DNA from: Candidatus Nanoarchaeia archaeon
GTDB taxonomy: Archaea > Nanobdellota > Nanobdellia > Woesearchaeales > SKGA01
Direction of reading: 5' to 3'
Assembly (NCBI GenBank): GCA_028691765.1
Contig: JAQUYS010000001.1
Span: 1 to 55,588 of the forward strand
DNA length: 55,588 bases
In this document: in pieces, positions 55,201 through 55,588 of the stretch
How positions within the stretch are numbered: the first letter of the stretch is position 1
How the letters are laid out: each line of letters opens with the position of its first letter
Translations under genes and position numbers: made by a program
Notes under the pieces: model-generated
What the model was told of the DNA's origin: nothing
Databases searched by the model: none
Seen by the model: only the letters and a program-made list of their open reading frames with translations

Positions 55201-55588
55201 AGTTCCAATTCCTTGACTACCATCGAAAGTATATTGAGTTATATCATTTGATAAAAATATCGGATGTTTATTTTCACAAGAATCTAAATAAGCAGGATTG
55301 TCAATACAAGCATCACAACCACATTCCCAAGGCATTCCACCACAAGAATCAGTGCATGTTTGATAACAAGAACTTAAATCATATTTACAATAGGGCGTAC
55401 AAACTACTTCATCTTCATTCATAAAATTAAAATCCAGACAAGTTAAATTATCTGTAAATCCACTTCCATCTCTAAGAGAAAAATTAGTTCCGTCACATTC
55501 TTCACCCATATCTACAATTCCATCACCACACGTAGATGAAAAATCTACATAACATTGTTGTACTAAATCACCTAAAGAATAATTATAT
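52279..55588 (-). CDS. Giant Cys-rich secreted/surface protein (5' end lies beyond the window; more than 1100 aa)
   Basis: The reading frame stays open upstream of the track ATG to the window edge (YNYSLGDLVQQCYVDFSSTCGDGIVDMGEECDG...). CGDGIVDxGEECDG matches the Myxococcus-type cysteine-rich repeat. Cys is dense through the first roughly 550 residues, followed by beta-rich, Cys-poor modules. Confidence 0.7.
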   Translation of the reverse strand, partial: YNYSLGDLVQQCYVDFSSTCGDGIVDMGEECDGTNFSLRDGSGFTDNLTCLDFNFMNEDEVVCTPYCKYDLSSCYQTCTDSCGGMPWECGCDACIDNPAYLDSCENKHPIFLSNDITQYTFDGSQGIGTIMNPLTNVFNLYNNINSSANIYGDVLFAGIKFQEGTNNVQLNWHYAEDCEDKVYYYEVSACEINSDDDCLEENKFIRRTTQKNYVFENLLKPDTTYCFDVCVKNEDSDDLLCNFGDLSQGEYSSGFCIKTPVNDYCLLPHEAGDNCHSSTNSYGGCQYYGTQQTYTNLIYNQTKACSSPGEFCVETTTGATCKEKLPCEKCNGLFGLFSDNNFNVKAYTLSNEEIDFNCLENQFSGLTTPTADNLIGICYKDEQVTLAPKFQACEDVDSCYSYESEYACSNDPCYKFQNESDLCEWNYYDEELGIGVCRPQNEEQQNCVLCDTDSPLGFCDETMCQDVYGTCYYVGENHITSPFTLALESAIVPPSRTNLIPSCIAKRDTSCYLYSSELDCINGTNHSLDLIRTPAYWLGNNLPTLSNDFFSLGVCKWESENTYCFKDSDDLIETNVLDNASNKFKDDCVSFATSNAGLELTNICLLDFMPPTTNLTLREDLTYGINELINLPFVVEDNVVNSDANRELITMVSFEYLEDDSSQKGSSLPPVPNPNNTTITSTYPKYLFPEELDEIKFVADGEYVLRYFSQDFAKNMEVVKNQTIFIDMTSPNITVAEPSIITFKTNNDEYRSNLSVSFNTSENAICYAKLRSQTISGVSPEIEMWDISGVMETSFSREYINLQDDLYLYTIHCEDVYKNKVEAQIEISIEGDQSIRNAQPKSGLSNVLDVELSIENQYDAECRFDILNLSTGEIPAYGESRGEFITSDNIVHTINFDEAMDRLKIHPENKTYYIYTSCNFTDSGEITEKDTMDAISLTIDQKPPMTNIFDVINNVELPYTDQLFTFLWKNQRTLRLRCSDIQDYSTKWFGCSKINYCIVSGASYNSSLDYFVTNRTICQGNTFTSIQNNQTDIALSSSFKQGYRLCDGCNIAYYSEDNGGNKPIHWTIVDPRVRDMGFIRPQLIIKGSVEETDVVIPYPNWP

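Noticed and set aside
1-55588. CRISPR arrays, transposases, integrases, toxin-antitoxin pairs or restriction-modification genes
   Set aside because: None recognised on either strand. No regularly spaced repeats were seen. No DDE, tyrosine-recombinase or serine-recombinase motifs appeared in any track ORF.

Overview
AT-rich (roughly 30% GC by eye) archaeal sequence. The gene set includes RFC small subunit, RPA-like OB/Zn protein, NAC, Sec61-beta, Sec11-type signal peptidase, NMD3, Trm5, aTrm11-like methylase, KsgA, RNase P RNA and a doubly intron-interrupted tRNA-Phe. Together with compact overlapping genes, this points to a small-genome DPANN-type archaeon (inference; no search was possible). 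Positions 1-33.5 kb are mostly housekeeping genes, plus a type IV pilus-like assembly pair (766-aa FlaI/PilB-family ATPase and 741-aa polytopic platform protein), an operon of three paralogous membrane proteins, a GH13 enzyme, two MFS-like transporters and an ABC transporter. Positions 33.5-55.6 kb hold the stand-out feature: one co-directional, translationally coupled minus-strand operon of at least 19 genes. Fifteen of its products begin with a type IV-pilin-like (class III) signal, a short basic N-terminus ending K-G/A followed by a hydrophobic helix. One of the fifteen is a 1174-aa protein carrying both an NlpC/P60 endopeptidase and an SLT lytic transglycosylase domain, i.e. a bacterial-peptidoglycan hydrolase. 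The operon also has two Cys-rich surface proteins of about 1100 aa or more, a small Cys-rich candidate major pilin with its own promoter region, SD and oligo-U terminator, an unlisted 52-aa mini-pilin ORF, and ksgA embedded by a TAAATG junction. I interpret this as a pilus or pseudopilus-type cell-surface apparatus that could breach a bacterial partner's wall (hypothesis). Other notable items: a Hel308-like helicase gene that starts exactly at RecA domain 2 with its own promoter (possible split gene); two short GC-richer insertions flanked by 34-bp and 22-bp exact direct repeats of gene 3' ends; a 118-bp exact repeat that truncates smc at the window start (possibly an assembly artefact); and a very regular TATA-to-start spacing of about 27 nt that helped refine several starts. 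No CRISPR array, transposase or integrase was recognised. All domain calls come from motif recognition by eye, and domain coordinates inside large ORFs are approximate.
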